From NCBI GenBank assembly GCA_965261595.1, contig CBDHDG010000005.1:128001-192000 (forward strand): a stretch of DNA of 64,000 nt, read 5' to 3'. The notes below the pieces were generated by a model. That model saw only the letters and a list, made by a program, of their open reading frames with translations, was not told the origin of the DNA and did not search any database. The position numbers and the translations under genes are program-made. The stretch is from a bacterium (GTDB taxonomy: Bacteria > UBA8248 > JACPRG01 > G963555815). How positions within the stretch are numbered: position 1 is the first letter of the stretch; each line of letters starts with the position of its first letter. This document shows, one piece after another, positions 61,227-64,000 of the stretch.

Positions 61227-63503
61227 ATGTCCGAGTACACGGTCATCGGCAAGCCGCTGCCCCAGGTGAACAGCCGGGAGAAGGTGTCGGGCGAGGCCCT
61301 TTACGTTCACGACATCGAGCGGCCCCGGATGCTCCACGCCAAGGTTCTGAGAAGCCCTCACCCCCATGCCCGGATCAAGCGAATCGACCTTTCCCGCGCC
61401 CGCTCGCTCAAGGGCGTCAAGGCGGCCGTCGCCTTCGGCGACACGCCCGGTCTCGCGTGGGGTCCGATTTACAAGGAGCACTACATTTTCGCCAAAGACC
61501 GGGTTCGCTACGTGGGCGAAGAGGTGGCGGCGATCGCCGCCGCGGACGAGGACACGGCGACGGAGGCCCTGTCCCTCATCGACGTGGAGTACGAGCCCCT
61601 GCCCGTCGTTTTCGACACCGAGGAGGCCCTGGCGGAGGGCGCCCCGCTGATCCACGAAGATCGGCCGGGCAACCTGGCGCGGCACATCCATATCGAGCGG
61701 GGAGACGTGGAGCGGGGCTTCGGGGAATCGGCGGCCGTTCACGAGGCGGTCTACGATAGCCCCCATCAGTTCCAGGCTTATATCGAGCCCATGGGCGCGG
61801 TGGCCGAGGTGGACGGCGGCGGACGGCTCATCGTCCACGCGGCGACGCAAAGCATCTACTTCACGCGCGAGATCCTGTCCGAGGCCGTGGGGATTCCCCC
61901 TTCCAAGATCCGGGTGCTCCAACCGTTTATCGGAGGGGCCTTCGGCGGAAAGCTGAGCGAGGACCACGTCGCCCACATTGCGGCCTTTCTGGCGCTGGAG
62001 ACCCGGCGGCCCGTCCGGCTCATGAACAACCGGCTGGAGGAGTTTCAGGCCTCCCGGCCCCGCATGCCCGCCCGGGTATATCTCAAAATGGGCGTCCGCA
62101 AGGACGGGACCCTCGCTGCCAAAGAGACCCGAATCTACGGCAACAACGGGGCGTATAGCTGTCTCAGTCTGGAGGTCCTGCTCGTGACGGCGAACCGGAT
62201 GGACTCCCTCTATCGCCAGGAGAACCTCCGGACCGACGCCTACCTGGCTTACACCAACCTGATCCCCACCGGCGCCTTTCGGGGTTTTGGAAACCCCCAG
62301 ATGGCGTTCCCCCTGGAAAGCCACATGGACGTCCTGGCCGAGCAACTGGGGATGGACCCGGTGGAGCTCCGCCTGCGCAACACCATCCGCGCCGGCGAGA
62401 CGAGCATCCATGGCTGGCGCATCGGAAGCTGCGGGGTGGAGGAGTGCATCGAGAAGGCGACCGCCCGGATCGGATGGACCGGGAGGCGGAAAGAAGGACC
62501 CGGCGCGGGAAAGATCCGGCGGGGGATCGGCGTGGCCTGCGGCATCCACGTAAGCGCCAACCGCCAGTTGGGAGATTGGGACGGCTCTTCGGTCGCCCTC
62601 AAGATCAACGAAGACGGCAAGGCCACCCTCATCTCCGGCGAGGGCGACATGGGACAGGGCTCCCACACGATGATGACCCAAATCGTGGCCGAAGAACTGG
62701 GCATGACACCCGGGGACGTGACGATCTCGGCCCCGGACACCGACTCCACCCCCTTCTGTTTCGGAGGGTTTGCCAGCCGGTTGACGATGCTGGCCGGAAA
62801 CGCCGTGCGTCAGGCGGCGCGGGAGGCCCGGACCCAGTTGGTCGAAGTCGCCGCGGGCCAACTGGAGGCGGACCCGGGGGACCTGACCCTGGCCGGGGGG
62901 TTCATCTCGGTCCGGGGAGCGCCCGACCGAAGGGTCGGCCTGGCCGACGCCGCCAAGGGCGCGATCTTCCGCCGCGGCGGCGAGGGAATCTTCGCTCAAA
63001 CCACCTGGGACCCGCCGATGACGGAAATGGCCGACAAGGTCACGTATATGGGAAACGTCGCCCCGGCCTACTCCTTCGTGTGCATGACGGCCGAAGTCGA
63101 GGTGGATGTCGAGACCGGGCAGGTGAAGCTTGCGCGGGTGGTCGCCGCCGATGACGTCGGCAAGGCCCTCAACCCCCTGACGGTGGAGGGGCAGATCCAC
63201 GGCGAAGTGGTCCAGGGGGCGGCGCTGGCGCTCCTCGAGCACGTTGTCCACGAGGGTGGCGCCATGGCCAACGGAAACTTCGCCGACTACGGCGTCCCGA
63301 CGGCCGAATCCATTCCGACGGTGGAAAGCCTCCTGATCGAGCCCATCGACCCCAACGGGCCTTTCGGGGCGAAGGGGTGTTCGGAGACGGCGTTGGTCCC
63401 GGTGGGGGCGGCCATCGCCAACGCCATCTATCACGCCGTGGGCGTCCGGGTGACGAAGCTCCCCGTCCGACCCGCCGACCTGCTCGCGTTGATGGCGGAG
63501 TAG
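61227..63503 (+). CDS. Xanthine dehydrogenase-family molybdopterin subunit
   Basis: LRSPHPHA, GGAFGGK, AFRGFG, GPFGAKGCSE. Confidence 0.95.
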   Translation: MSEYTVIGKPLPQVNSREKVSGEALYVHDIERPRMLHAKVLRSPHPHARIKRIDLSRARSLKGVKAAVAFGDTPGLAWGPIYKEHYIFAKDRVRYVGEEVAAIAAADEDTATEALSLIDVEYEPLPVVFDTEEALAEGAPLIHEDRPGNLARHIHIERGDVERGFGESAAVHEAVYDSPHQFQAYIEPMGAVAEVDGGGRLIVHAATQSIYFTREILSEAVGIPPSKIRVLQPFIGGAFGGKLSEDHVAHIAAFLALETRRPVRLMNNRLEEFQASRPRMPARVYLKMGVRKDGTLAAKETRIYGNNGAYSCLSLEVLLVTANRMDSLYRQENLRTDAYLAYTNLIPTGAFRGFGNPQMAFPLESHMDVLAEQLGMDPVELRLRNTIRAGETSIHGWRIGSCGVEECIEKATARIGWTGRRKEGPGAGKIRRGIGVACGIHVSANRQLGDWDGSSVALKINEDGKATLISGEGDMGQGSHTMMTQIVAEELGMTPGDVTISAPDTDSTPFCFGGFASRLTMLAGNAVRQAAREARTQLVEVAAGQLEADPGDLTLAGGFISVRGAPDRRVGLADAAKGAIFRRGGEGIFAQTTWDPPMTEMADKVTYMGNVAPAYSFVCMTAEVEVDVETGQVKLARVVAADDVGKALNPLTVEGQIHGEVVQGAALALLEHVVHEGGAMANGNFADYGVPTAESIPTVESLLIEPIDPNGPFGAKGCSETALVPVGAAIANAIYHAVGVRVTKLPVRPADLLALMAE

Positions 63504-63629
63504 GGCCGGGGAGGGCTCGCGGCGGCGGAATCCCGCGGATGGAGAACCCGGACGCGGACTGGATGGACCGGAAGAGGGCGTGCGGCCCTCGAGGGGTCCA
63601 GTCCCTTCTTTCATGAGGATTCGAATCAA

Positions 63630-64000
63630 ATGGGTGAGATCATTTCCGCGTATGCGGCCTCCCACGCGCCCCAAATCCTTGTTCGGCCGAAGAACGAGCG
63701 GAAGGAGTGGGTCGAGGAGGTCCATGCGGGCTACAACCGGATGCGGGACGAGCTGAAGGCCCTGCGGCCGGACGCCTTGATTGTCATCAGCAACGACCAC
63801 ATGGAGTCATTTTTTGCCGAGGGCTACCCGACGTTCGCGATTTTTGCCGGCGAGACCGTTTTCGGGACGTTCGGCGAGCGGTACGATCGGGATTACAAGG
63901 TTCACGCCCCCCTGGCGGACGCCCTGTTCGAGCACTGCATAGAGGCCGATTTCGATCCGACCCTCTGTAAGCGGGGATCGATGGGCCACGGCTTCGTCGT
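63630..64000 (+). CDS. Class III (LigB-type) extradiol dioxygenase, partial
   Basis: MGEIISAYAASHAP, RPDALIVISNDH, GHG; runs off the window end. Confidence 0.85.
   Translation, partial: MGEIISAYAASHAPQILVRPKNERKEWVEEVHAGYNRMRDELKALRPDALIVISNDHMESFFAEGYPTFAIFAGETVFGTFGERYDRDYKVHAPLADALFEHCIEADFDPTLCKRGSMGHGFV

Overview
GC-rich bacterial chromosomal window with three zones. (1) 1-24 kb is an accessory and catabolic zone. It holds a decayed vapBC, a TIR-domain membrane protein, and a transposase-less 1,565-bp mobile cassette (perfect 23-bp terminal inverted repeats, 8-bp target duplication) carrying a low-GC two-gene module. It also holds an LLM oxidoreductase followed by four tandem Zn-dependent nucleobase deaminase paralogues, separated by GTAG-type REP palindromes and a strongly conserved ~89-nt leader. 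A large N-heterocycle catabolic cluster follows: SDR, two UbiD decarboxylases, a 3-hydroxyacyl-CoA-DH-fold enzyme, an NMT1-type ABC transporter, an M29/NicX-like protein, a three-subunit Mo hydroxylase and an LLM. (2) 24-49 kb is a mobile-element graveyard: two tRNA-Ala 3' att remnants, phage-satellite debris, IS3, nested IS1380, IS256 and IS1 elements, tandem tyrosine integrases and a broken MTase-REase. (3) 49-64 kb is core-like: mlaE-mlaD-tolC-mlaC, archaeal-type riboflavin kinase, cheY/cheX, gcvT, rhodanese, cupin, a Mo-enzyme large subunit and a partial LigB-type dioxygenase. All family calls come from motif recognition by eye, with no database search. Several single-base frameshifts could be sequencing errors.
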